Source: Octopus vulgaris
Lineage: Eukaryota
Reading direction: 5' to 3'
DNA: 64,000 bases
Assembly: GCA_951406725.2 (NCBI GenBank)
Contig: OX597820.1
Span: forward strand, 72,044,001-72,108,000
Part shown: positions 1 to 11,280 of the stretch, piece by piece
How positions within the stretch are numbered: position 1 is the first letter of the stretch
How the letters are laid out: every line of letters begins with the position of its first letter
Made by a program: the position numbers and the translations under genes
Notes under the pieces: generated by a model
Told to the model about the DNA's origin: nothing
Database searches by the model: none
What the model saw: only the letters and a program-made list of their open reading frames with translations

Positions 1-314
1 CAGTTTGAATATAAAACTGGAAAAAGTATTTGGGCGAGATATTGTCGAACAGAATACTGAAGTGTTAAACACCACATTGCCACAAAATGTAAGCAACATG
101 CCAAGTAACTAATCTTACATATCTATAGTATTTGCAGGTCTTGATATCATTCTTATCAATCTTTAATCCAAATCAAGATCTTAATATCTTTGAATAAAGA
201 ATAAAATAAACAGTTATATATATATATATATGTACATACATATATATATGTGTGTGTGTGTATATATATATATGTATGTGTATGTATATATATGTATATA
301 TATATGTATGTATG

Positions 315-383
<69 letters not shown>

Positions 384-400
384 GTATGTATATATGTATG

Positions 401-714
401 TATCAAAGTATCATTAGAGACAGAAATCCCATAAAATTCATCAAATCAGAATATAAATTCAACCATGTCATAGAATATTATATTCAATACTTACTATTCG
501 TGTTCAAAGTTGTCAACCTTTACATCCTTCACAGCTGAGAGCATTGTAGTGATAACCTGATGCATGATCTCCACATATTCTACAAAGCTCTTCTTCAGTT
601 GTTTTTTGTGTTCTGTTAGATCATTTTTGTGGTGTACTTTTCCAGGAATTCTATGACATGGTTGAATTTCTATTCTGATTTATGGGGATTTCTGTCTCTA
701 AGGATACTTTGATA
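401..714. repeat. Inverted repeat pair (401-476 / 648-714) enclosing the nuclear receptor exon
   Basis: tatcaaagtatcattagagacagaaatcccata...aatcagaatataaattcaaccatgtcatagaat is reverse-complementary to 648-714 apart from a ~10-nt indel and a few mismatches; both outer ends abut TA-rich microsatellite. Confidence 0.9.
518..612 (-). CDS. Nuclear receptor DNA-binding-domain exon (first C4 zinc finger), NR1H (EcR/LXR/FXR)-like; functional exon or pseudo-exon
   Basis: Minus-strand translation ...[32 protein letters not shown], then GT at 517-516. This matches the NR1H signature [19 protein letters not shown](T/S)CEGCKG and the conserved phase-1 intron after CK-G. Candidate acceptor ctaacAG at 614-613. 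In-frame TGA at 623-621 upstream. Not in the ORF track. Confidence 0.8.
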
Positions 715-839
715 TATATGTATATATTTATTGAGAATAATTCAACTAAATATTCTTAACTTGAATATCTCATCCCTGTGACGCCGGAATTGATATTCCA
801 TTATTATTATAAAATTATATATGTATGTATATATATACA

Positions 840-934
<95 letters not shown>

Positions 935-1327
935 GAAAGAAGGTTTGAAAATGCAATTTTAAAAGATGTTTATTTACTTTACCGGTTTCACTCTTTAGAA
1001 AAAGATTGTCAAAAGTAACATGTAGAAGTTTGGTTGCATTAATTATTGGTTGTTACAAATTGCTACATTACATATATACAGTCTTTGGTAACAGGGACAT
1101 GTTAAGGACATAAAATCATGTCCCTGTTACCAAAGACTGTATATATGTAATGTAGCAATTTGTAACAACCAATAATTAACGCAACCAAACTTCTACATGT
1201 TACTTTTGACAATCTTTTTGCAAAGAGTGAAAGCGGTAAAGTAAATAAACATCTTTTAAAATTGCATTTTCAAACCTTCTTTCATATATAATTCCACTTG
1301 TGTGGTACCCTACAACTCCACTTTGTT
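935..1327. mobile_element. Fold-back Penelope-terminus-like unit: 167-bp arms (935-1101 / 1117-1283), 15-nt spacer, ~40-nt unique tail
   Basis: Near-perfect inverted arms flanked by (TA)n; each arm contains a degenerate hammerhead-like motif. Confidence 0.75.
974..1018 (-). ncRNA. Degenerate minimal type I hammerhead-like motif (mirror copy on + at 1200-1244)
   Basis: TTACTT [TTGACAA] TCTTT-ttct-AAAGA gt [GAAA] C-CG-G TA AAGTAA: 6-bp stem I, 5-bp stem II, palindromic stem III, GUA site; core departs from CUGANGA at positions 3 and 8. Confidence 0.55.
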
Positions 1328-1351
1328 ATATATATATATATGTATATATAC

Positions 1352-1587
1352 ACATTATTTTCATTATTTACATTTGATGGATATTTGTCCTCATCTTGTT
1401 TGTTGTTAACACAACGTTTCAACTCATATACCCTCCAGCCTTCATCAGGTGTTTTGGGGAAATGATGAAGGCTGGAGGGTATATCAGCTGAAACGTGTTA
1501 ACAACAAACAAGATGAGGACAAATATCCATCAAATGTAAATGATGTAAATAATGTACATAATTCCTCATCTCTTAAATATAGAACTG
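1352..1587. mobile_element. Fold-back Penelope-terminus-like unit: arms 1352-1447 / 1463-1555, 15-nt spacer, ~32-nt tail
   Basis: Inverted arms read directly from the sequence; flanked by (TA)n; contains a hammerhead core. Confidence 0.75.
1408..1453 (-). ncRNA. Minimal type I hammerhead ribozyme motif
   Basis: AACAC [CTGATGA] A GGCTG gagggtatat GAGTT [GAAA] CG TT GTGTT: stem I AACAC/GTGTT; the + arm gives the better stem II GGCTG/CAGCT; palindromic ACGT stem III of the dimerising PLE type. Confidence 0.7.
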
Positions 1588-1606
1588 TAGTATATATATA
1601 TATATA

Positions 1607-2850
1607 CAGGGGTTGGACAAATTATGGAACCACCAAACATCATAGCATCATAATTTTGAAATATCTATCAAAAGCTTGTTTATCTTTAGGTTTTGGGATT
1701 TATTATTAGTGTTGCTTAATATGTTTTACTAAAATTGCTGTTTCTTTTCAGATATCATCAGAAAAAGGTAATTAAAATTCATTAAAATGATAGACCTATC
1801 AGACTTTCAAAGAGGTCAAATTGTTGGTGCACATATGGCAGGCGCCAGCATAATGAAAACAGCTGAAATGTTTGGTGTATCAAGAAGAACTGTCTTGAAA
1901 GTAATGACAGCCTTTGAGAAAGAGGGAAGAACCTCCTTGAAACAAAACTCTGCAAGAAAACCAAAACTTTCAGATAGGGACCATTGGACTCTTACGCAAA
2001 TTGTTGGAAAGGATCACAAAAGTACAGCTCCCAGAAATAATGACCACATTGAGAACCCAGTTTCCACAAAATCTGTTGGCTGGGAGCTGCACAAAGCCAG
2101 ATTTCACAGGAGGGATGCAATCAGAAAAACACTACTTTCAAAAACAAACGTTGCAAAGCATTTAGAGTGGAATAAAAACTTACAGAATTGGTCCCTTGAG
2201 CAGTGGAAGAATGTTATTTTCCTGGAGGAGTCATCCTTTACCTTATTTCTGACCACTGAGTATATGTGTGGAGACAGCCAAAAGAAGCATTTGACCCAGA
2301 CTGCCTTCTTGTTAAACATAGAGGAAGATCTGTAATGATCTGGAGGGGGGTGGGGCTATATCTTGGAAATCTGCCAGCCCAATGGTTTCCCTTCATGGCA
2401 GAATTAATGTTCAATACTATTTGAGCATTTTATCTGATCAAATTCATCCTATGATTGCAGAACTGTTTCCAGAGGGAAACACAATTTTTCAGGATAATAA
2501 TGCACCAATTCACACAGCTAAAGTTGTTACTGAATGGTACGAGGAATATTCTAATGAAGTTGAACCTCTTATCTGGTCACCACAGTCCCCAGATCTCAAT
2601 ATTATTGAACATTTATTTTGCATTTTAGAAAAACAAGTAAAGAGTCGATATCCTCCACCATCATCACTACAAGAATTGGAGACTGTTTTAGCTGAAGAAT
2701 GGACAAAAATTACTTTGGAAACAATTCAAACTTTGTATGAGTCCATTCCTTGTAGAATTCAAGCTGTAATTACTGCAAAAGGCGGTCCTACCCCATATTA
2801 AAATGAATTTGTTTGAAATTTTAAGGTGTTTCCATTATTTTGTCCAACCC

Positions 2851-2853
<3 letters not shown>
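1607..2853 (+). mobile_element. Tc1-family DNA transposon, full length, defective (copy 1)
   Basis: TIRs caggggttggacaa.../...ttgtccaacccctg flanked by TA; frameshifted transposase with DLSDFQRGQIVG, WKNVIF, FQDNNAPIH and SPDLNIIEHL motifs. Confidence 0.95.
1787..2801 (+). pseudogene. Tc1 (DD34E-type) transposase pseudogene
   Basis: ORFs 1787-2335 and 2382-2801 are two pieces separated by frameshift; the first catalytic Asp reads as E (IFLEES). Confidence 0.9.
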
Positions 2854-2885
<32 letters not shown>

Positions 2886-3676
2886 TATATTAAATTAGAG
2901 ATAAAACCACTATTAGGTAAATCAAACAGTGAAAATCATAAACCAATACATAGAAATAAAATTAATTAATAAAAAATATATAAAATATAAAATTCAAAAT
3001 TTAAATTACAATATTTAAATAAATAATCAGAAATATTTAAACAATATTTTTTAAGAAATAAATAAAATAATAATTTTTCTTATAAAAAACTCTATTATCA
3101 AACTAGAAACTTAATATATATCCCTAATTTAATTTTTATTGATAATCTCTGTATAAAACTTGATGTAGTTAAACATACATTCTGTATGGGGAAAAAAAAG
3201 ACTTGCTTAGTTCAGTTCCAAGAAACATCTCACAAATGCTCAGGGATGCATCATCAGTGATGTTTCTTGGATCTTAGGGGTGGGGGTGGGTGAGTATTTC
3301 AACATCAGATCCCCTTGCTCAGTTGACTCAACCTGAGTTGACCAACTTCCAGATTGCATCCCAATAGCAACATAACACTGGATCTAACTTCTCATTATCC
3401 AAAACTACCAAGTGACCTTCTCTGCACCTTCAGTGTTGGTACTTACAGCCCTCTTTCTCATGCTTGTAACTTCAAACCAACTCAGAGCTTATAATTTCAA
3501 TTGCGCTCCAGCTTACCTGCCAGCCCTGGTTTCTGCATTGCTCTACCATAGTCTAAGACAGATGTCTTCCACATCTGTTCCTTATTGAAGATCTTAAGGT
3601 GATCTGGATAATGCTAGGATATTTAGAAAGCTCCAGTGTTTTTAATGTCCTGCACTATGCATATCTTTTAACTTTA

Positions 3677-4076
3677 TTCTTCTACTTGTTTCAATTATGA
3701 GACTGTGGCCATGCTGGGGCACTGCATTGAAGAATTTTTAGTTGTATGAATTGACACTAGTACCTTTTTTTAAACCTAGAAATTATTCTGTTGGTGTCTT
3801 TTGCTGAACTGCTAAGTTAAGAGGATGTAAACCAGCACTGGTTGTCAAGCCGTGGTGGGGGACAAACACAGACACAGACTCAGGCACATAGATACATATA
3901 CATACACATATACACACACAATAGGTTTCTTTCAGTTTCTGTCAATCAAATCCACTCACAAGGCTTTAATTAGCCTGAGGCCATAGTGGAAGACATTTGC
4001 TCAAGATGTCACACAGTGGGACTGAACTTCGGCCCATATGGTTAGGAAGCAAACTTCTTACCACACAGCCATGCCT
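3677..4076 (-). mobile_element. tRNA-derived SINE, family 1 (central (CA)n)
   Basis: Reverse complement of the 43275-43683 copy; further copies or fragments near 6340, 13190/13700, 23115, 29095, 35220, 40545, 41290, 42645, 44705, 57960 and 58615. Confidence 0.8.
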
Positions 4077-4164
4077 ATATGAAATCATTTGTGGACTGGT
4101 GTAATGTATGCAGCCATCTCTGTTTTAAAGCAATTCTAATTCTTGTTTAGTTTTTAGGTAAATC

Positions 4165-4566
4165 AAATCAAGATCGAAATCAAAATAGAAATTGTAGTTG
4201 TGGCCGATGACAGTGTCGCCTTACTGGTTACCCATGCTGGTGGCACATAAAAAAGCACCATCCAAATGTGGTTGATGCCAGTCCCACCCCTACCCCAACT
4301 AGCTCCTGTGCTGGTGGCACATAAAAAGCACCATCCAAATGTGGTTGATGCTAGTGCTACGTAACTGGCTCCCATGCTGGTGGAATGTAAAAAGCACCCA
4401 CTACACTCTTGGAGAGGTTTGTGTTAGGAAGGACATCCAGCTGTAGAAACCTTGCCAGATCAGATTGGAGCCTGGTGCAGCCTACTGGCTTGCCAGTCCC
4501 CAATCAAACCCTCCAACCCGTGCCCGCATGGAAAATGAATGTTAAACGATGATGATGATGATGATG
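4165..4566 (+). mobile_element. SINE-like element, family 3 (internal gtgccggtggcac repeats, RTE-like (GAT)n tail)
   Basis: aaaagcacccactacactc...ttaggaagg(g/a)catccagctgtagaaac...gttaaacgatgatgat shared with many copies (e.g. 5867-6075 minus, 10297-10546, 18660-18950, 21868-22205, 29613-30012 minus, 46335-46516, 57665-57878). Confidence 0.8.
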
Positions 4567-5794
4567 TAATAAAACTTTTTAAAATCTGATGGTGGCCATA
4601 AAATTTATAGCAGTTTATTTCAGTGTGCCAAAGATCAAAACAGGTTGGATAGTCTTGGTATGGCTTTGTTGTTTAGAGGTTTGTTCTGCAATCATGTTGT
4701 TTCAGGTTCAGTTCCACAGCAAGGCACTTTTGGTAAGTCTCTTCTACTATTCTCCTAGGTCAAGGGAATTTTGTAGATGGACACTGCATGTGTGTCTGTT
4801 TGCGTGTGTGTTTATGTGTGTGTATTGTGTGAGTTTGTATGTGTGTGTATGCATGTATGTGTTTATGTGTATGTGTGTGCATGTGTTTATGTGTGTGTTT
4901 GTGTGTGTTTGTGTGTGTCTGTGTGTGCCTGTGCATGTAACCTCAAGTATCAACATGAGGATTACCACTAATTGTGCAAAGTAGTGATGGTAATGACACT
5001 CTTTGCTCACATCATTACTGATAACTCTACAGTTTCAAAGACCTAGAATTTTTTTTATAAATTCCCTTATTTGAAATCAGATAAGTGTTAGCAATAGGAA
5101 AATCCCCTGGCCATAATATTCTACCTCAAATAACTCACTGAGTAAAAGAAAAAACTTTTATTTTTGAAGCAGAAATATATTACTGTCTCTTATTTTGCAA
5201 TAAGACTTAAATATATGCAATCTTACTGGAGTCACATTAACCATGCTAACTACTTTGAAAATATCAGCTCACTCGAATTCTTTATTTTTATAGCATATTT
5301 AGCTTTTTCTAGCTTCATTCAGTTGGTGTGAATTTCCTGTAATATCTTTCTGGCAAAGAGCATCAAAATAGATCCTAAATTATGATAGAAAACACTTGTT
5401 TCTCTTCATTTTAATTCCTGTTTTCTGTAAAATTACAACGCTGTCTTCATGTTTTTATTAACCACTTTTAGATAAATTTAGATTATTCTGCTTAAGTAAA
5501 TCTCCCTTCTTTTATATGGCCTTACAAAATAGTTCTGTTGTGAAGCATTTGGATATCTAAATGAATGCTAAATCTATCTTTCTTTCAATTTCAAACTCAA
5601 ACATCTTTTTGGTAATACAAGAAGCCTTATTCATTCCCTAGCATAATGAGAATTTCCTATAATCTCTCACTCTCTCTTCTTCCCACTCAATCTCTTTATG
5701 TATGTACATGTATGTATACATATATGTGTGCATACGTGTGTATACATACATACATACATACATTCATACATACATACATACATACATACATACA

Positions 5795-5856
<62 letters not shown>

Positions 5857-7310
5857 TGCTCATACATATCATCATCATCCTTTAGAATCCATTTTTCCAT
5901 GCTGGCATGGGTTGGACTATTCATCAAGAACTGATGAGGTAGAGAGCAACACTGAAGTTTAATGTCTGCTCTGGCATGGTTTCTACAGCTGGATGCCTTT
6001 CCTAATACCAACCACTTTACAGATTGTACTGGGCAATCTCTTTGCGGCTCCAACACTGGTGAGGTCACCAAGTACACTCAACTGAGTGGGGGTATAGTAA
6101 TCCAGGAAACATAAGTTAATTTTGGACGTTGGTCTAACTCATAATTGGTTGCATATGTACAGTACAGTATAAAAGCAGCAATTGATGCTAAAGGAGGGTC
6201 AACCAGATATTAAAACTAATGCATATTGTGAAATATACCATAATCTACTATGTGCACAAGTTTCATTAACATTGAGATAGCAGAACCCCAAAACATTGAG
6301 GTTGCCTAATACTTTTGGCCAAGGTTATATATACATACATGGGTGCAGGATTAGGTGTTTGGTAAGAAGCTTGTACCATGAACAAGTGTCTTCTACTTTT
6401 GCTTTGTGCCCACCAAAGCTTTTTGTGTGTCGTGCTTTTGGTAGATGGATATTGAAAAATACCCAGTTTGTATATGTATGTATGTATGCATGCATGCATG
6501 CCTGTATGTATTATGTGTGTATGTATGTATGTATGCATGCCTGTATGTATTATGTGTGTGTGTATGTATGTATGTATGTATTATGTATGTATGTATGTTG
6601 CCTGTAGGAATTGCTGTATGCAGATAAACTCATTCTAATAGCTGAATCTGCAGTAGAATTGGAGAATAATTTTTAGGTGTGGAATTTTTTCCTAAACCAG
6701 GAATCAAAAATCCTCCAAGTTAACTTTGCAAAGATCAGAATTTTAGTAAATAGGAAAACAGACAGGGCTCTGCTTTTATCAGGGAAATGCTTTTGATCAG
6801 TATGTAGAAAAGGAGTAGCTAGAAATTTGAAAAGGTGTATCCAATGCAAACTGAGGTGTTGTAGTATCACAGGAGGATAATTTGGAATATAGACTTTGTG
6901 TGTGGCAGATGCACAGGAGCAGTAATCACTAAGAGTACATGGAAAACAAATTTTATTAAATGTCCAAGAAGATCGATCTCTAGATGTACAATATATTTTC
7001 TGTTATCAGTGACCTAATTAGCAGTGGAGGAGAATGTTCTGAAAGTATAGGGTTTTGAATAAGAAAAAGCTGGAGGAAGTTTAGAGTTATTACTTCTGTT
7101 GGTAACAAAAGATTTTTCTCTCAGGGTGAAAGGCAGACTGTCTGATACTTGTGTATGAACAGCAATGCTACATGTGAGCCCTGAATGCAGAGAACATGAA
7201 AAGATTAGAATGAAATGAAATATGCATATTCCATTGCATGAGCAAAACCAGTGTTCATGAATGTCAAAATACATATTTGTTGAGAGAAAAATTGGTCAAA
7301 AGGGGAACTA

Positions 7311-8599
7311 CGAGGGGCGTTCAATAAGTAATGCCTCTGACCCACTTGCAGTTGTTTGATCTAGTTGAAATTTTGCATGTGCAATTATCCATATCTCTAT
7401 AGATTAAGTGGCAAATTACAGCTCTGAACTAATTGTGGTTTCTGATTTACAGGTGTTTGAACTGAGTCAAGTGTGAAATGGAGCCAGTTGAGTGTCGAGC
7501 AGTGATCCGGTTTTTGTATTTGGAAGGACGCACACCACGGAGACTTTTCATAAAATGAAAGTAGCTTATGGTGATGATGCCCCATCATATGACCTTGTAA
7601 AATATGGCATCGTGGATTCAAACATGGTTGGAACTCTGTGGAAACAGCTCCCAGATCTGGTCGCCCCCTTCTGCCATTGATGAGGCATCTGTCCATGAAG
7701 TTGAGGTTGCCATTTTGGAAGATCGACGCATAACTATTCGCCAAATAGCCCATGAGATCAAGATTAGTACCGGGTCTGTGGAAACTATCATTCATGACCA
7801 TTTGCATATGCAAAAGGTGTCTGCCAGATGGATTCCCAGGTTGCTCACACCTTTCCAGAAGCAAGAACGCGTCGAGTGCTTGAGGATGAATTTGGAGATG
7901 TGCCAAGAAGATGAGTCAAAATTTTTCAAAAGACTGATTACACAGGATGAAACCTGGGTCCATCACTATGATCCAGAGACCAAAGCCCAGTCAATGCAGT
8001 GGAATCACCGTAACTCACCTCCTCCAAAGAAGGCAAGAGTGCAGCCCTCCGCTGGCAAGGTCATGCTCACAGTTTTCTGGGACCAGGACGGAGTAGTGAT
8101 GACAGATTTCCTGGCAAAGGGTACCACAATTACAGGAGCCTATTATGCTTCACTTTTGAGGAAATTAAGAGAAACTATCAAAATCAAGAGGCGGGGCAAG
8201 ATCAACAAAGGCATCCTCCTCCTGCAGGACAACGCTCCGGTCCACAACTCGCTTGTCGCCAGATCAGAAGCACAGGCGTGCGGCTATGAACTCCTCCCCT
8301 ACCCACCTACTCTCCTGACCTTGCACCCTCTGATTTTCACCTCTTCCCAGTCATGAAGTTGTTTTTGAAAGGAAAGCGTTTCCCAGATGATGCAGCCTTG
8401 ATTTCTGAAGTCACGTCGTGGTTGGAGGACCAAACTGGGGTCTTCTACAAAAACGGTCTCCAGAGCTGCATCAAACGATGGGAGAAATGTGTAACTCTGG
8501 GTGGTTCCTATGTAGAAAAAGACTAATAACTTTGCCAAGTTTCGTTGCTCTACTGCTATGGGAAGTGGGTCAGGGGCATTACTTATTGAACGCCCCTCG
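7311..8599 (+). mobile_element. mariner (DD34D) transposon, full length 1289 bp, frameshifted transposase 7478-8526
   Basis: TIRs cgaggggcgttcaataagtaatgcc.../...ggcattacttattgaacgcccctcg, TA on both sides; motifs WIPRLL, TQDETWVHHY, LLQDNAPVH, PPYSPDLAPSDFHLF. Confidence 0.95.
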
Positions 8600-8601
8600 T
8601 A

Positions 8602-8938
8602 CCATATTTGATGGCCTATAAGACTTTTTTTTACCCAAAAATGGCTTTAAAAATCCCCCTGCATCCAATGCGCTCAATGTAGGCTCAAAACTAGCTCAGA
8701 ACTGTATGTATGTTTACAAAACGTATGCTGCCATCTGTTAGTGAACAATTGCCTACAGTATGTTTATATCGAATGTGGATGCTATAAGTTGTTTATAATT
8801 ACTGGTAATAACATAAAGTTATACAGGCAAGTGGAGGAATTAAGACATTATTTTAGTGGTAATTTATTTTACAAAAGTATAGCCCAGGCTAGGGTGTATC
8901 CTATGCACTCGAGCATCTTATAGGCCATCTAAATACGG
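8602..8938. mobile_element. Non-autonomous Tc1/mariner-superfamily MITE (Tc2/pogo-like ends)
   Basis: TIRs ccatatttgatggcctataaga / tcttataggccatctaaatacgg with TA flanks. Confidence 0.8.
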
Positions 8939-10187
8939 TAGTTGTGTGCAAAAGAGAAGATTGTGCAGGTCATGTGATGGGTATGGATGAGAACAGCTAT
9001 ATAAAGAAGTGCCGATAGCTTAAAGTGGATAGAACTGTGGAAGAAGGAAACACAGGCACATATGAGATGAAGTGGCAAAGGCTGATCTCAGCTGTTTCAA
9101 TCTTACATAGGGATGACAAAAGATTGGGACATCTGGTGATATACAGTGCTTGACAAAACCTGACCATCTCAGCAAAACTGAGATCCTAAAAGCAAAGTGT
9201 CTAAATTAAATACATAATTGGCCCCTTGCCTGATTTTTTAAATTCAATCTTCCCTCCACCCTATCATTCACTATCACTGATCTTTTCTTCACTTGCTTAA
9301 TTGCAATATTCTTCTGTTGTAATAAAATGAGAGCAGAATTACACCTTTCATCATCTCTTTCTGTAATGTCAGTTGTCTTTCTCAATACCTGGAACCACTA
9401 CAATGGACTTCCCTCATTCATTCTTATATTGATCCTCTTCACTTACATTTTACATTGATCATTTCCCTCTTCTAGTCTACCATATTATCTCCCCATCTCC
9501 TCTGAACCACTTCTCGATTTGCCAATATCACCATACATCTCTTATTCTTTCCCAATACTGTTCATCTTTCTCTTCGCTCAGACTTTTTCAACTTCTCACC
9601 ACCCACACTGTAACAACCTACCCACTCACATGTCATCTCTTTCTCTCTATTCTACTACTCTTCAGCTTCTTGTACTCATATGTAACGTTGATTATCTCTT
9701 TACCATTCACTACATTCTCCCCTAAACCCTTCTGAATTTCTAGCCATTGTCTCCTCTTCCCTACCTTCCATCCAACTCATAATTCATCATTAACGTCTCT
9801 TCAGCTTGACCCTCATTCATCATTCAGTATATTCGCCCCACCCCCGTCTCTGACCATCCCTCACTTTTTTCATATACTCTTGTTAACCTTATCCAGCCTT
9901 CTCTCCTCTTCGTCTACCCCCCCCCCCCCATCAACCTTGTCACAACAGTCTTTATTTTTCTTTCCAGCACCAATTACTGCTCATTCTTTTATAAAGTGAG
10001 TAACCCTATATTCCTTCTACAGCAAGGAACTTGTTCTGCTCCCTTCCCTCACACTAAGCTTTCATCACTTAACACAAAGCTACCAGTTTACTTGAAGACA
10101 TAAGCAAGTTTACAAATATCCAAAAACACAAGCACTCATACACATATACATCTCTGTCTGTCTGTCTTTCTCTCTCTGCATACATAC

Positions 10188-10222
<35 letters not shown>

Positions 10223-10562
10223 TACATATACATACATGTGTTTGTGTAACCGCCACACCTGTTCCACCCCCCTCCGACTTTCATCAGTTTATTCTCCCAT
10301 GCCGGTGGCATGTAAAAAGCACTATCTGAACATGATCGATGCCAAGTCTGCCTCACTGGCTCCTGTACTGGTGGCACATAAAAAGTACCCACTACACTCT
10401 TGGAGTGGCTAGTATTAGGAAGGGTGTCCAACAGTAGAAACATTGCCAGATGAGAAACTGATGCAGCTGCTGGCTCTCCAAACCTCAGTCAAACTGTCCA
10501 CTCCATGCTCGCACAGAAAACAGATGTTAAACGATGATGATGATGATATCTATCTATCTATA

Positions 10563-10610
<48 letters not shown>

Positions 10611-10622
10611 TGTATATATATC

Positions 10623-11210
10623 AGAATCGAAATCGATCAATGGAAATTGCAGCTGAGTTACCAGTGCCGGTGGCACATAAGAGAACCATCCGAATGTGGC
10701 CGTTGCCAGCGCCGCCCAGACTGGCCTCGTGCCGGTGGCACGTAAAAAGCACCATCCGTTCATGGCTGTTGCCAGCCTCGCCTGGCCCCCGTGCCGATGG
10801 CACGTAAAAAAGCACCGTCCATTCGTGGCCGTTTGCCAGACTCGTCTGGCACCACCATCCGTTCGTGACCGTTGCCAGCACTGCCCCAACTGGCCTCGTG
10901 CCGGTGGCATGTAAAAAGCACCATCCGTTCGTGGCTGTTGCCAGCCTCACCTGGCCCCGTGCCGGTGGCACGTAAAAAGCACCATCCGTCTGTGGTCGTT
11001 TGCCAGCTCCGTCTGGCACCTGTGCGGGTGGCACGTAAAAAGCACCCACTACACTCACGGAGTGGTTGGCGTTAGGAAGGGCATCCAGCCGTAGAAACAC
11101 TGCCAGATCAGACTGGGCCTGATGCAGCCTTCTGGCTTCACAGACCCCAGTTGAACCGTCCAAGCCATGCTAGCATGGAAAGCGGATGCTAAATGATGAT
11201 GATGATGATG
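10623..11210 (+). mobile_element. Family 3 SINE-like element with an expanded array of ~57-65-bp internal units
   Basis: Repeated gtgccggtggcac(a/g)taaaaagcaccatccg...gccag-loop-ctggc units followed by the family tail and (GAT)n. Confidence 0.85.
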
Positions 11211-11236
11211 CATGTATGTATATATGTGTGTATATA

Positions 11237-11276
<40 letters not shown>

Positions 11277-11280
<4 letters not shown>

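Larger units (their letters stand above)
6600..9180 (+). mobile_element. Degenerate RTE-clade LINE 3' portion, interrupted at one TA by a mariner and a MITE
   Basis: Remnants ELLYAD-like (6608), SVCRKGV, FRELLLLLVTK..SLRVKGRL, and after 8940 GHVMGM...KKC-like C-terminus; the reading context continues across 7310/8941. Confidence 0.7.

Noticed and set aside
3230-3600. CR1/L2-like endonuclease fragment
   Set aside because: Only weak motif resemblance (LAQLTQP, TLDLT); not supportable without a search
10660-11045. Twister or HDV-like ribozyme in the family 3 units
   Set aside because: Conserved core nucleotides of these classes could not be placed by eye
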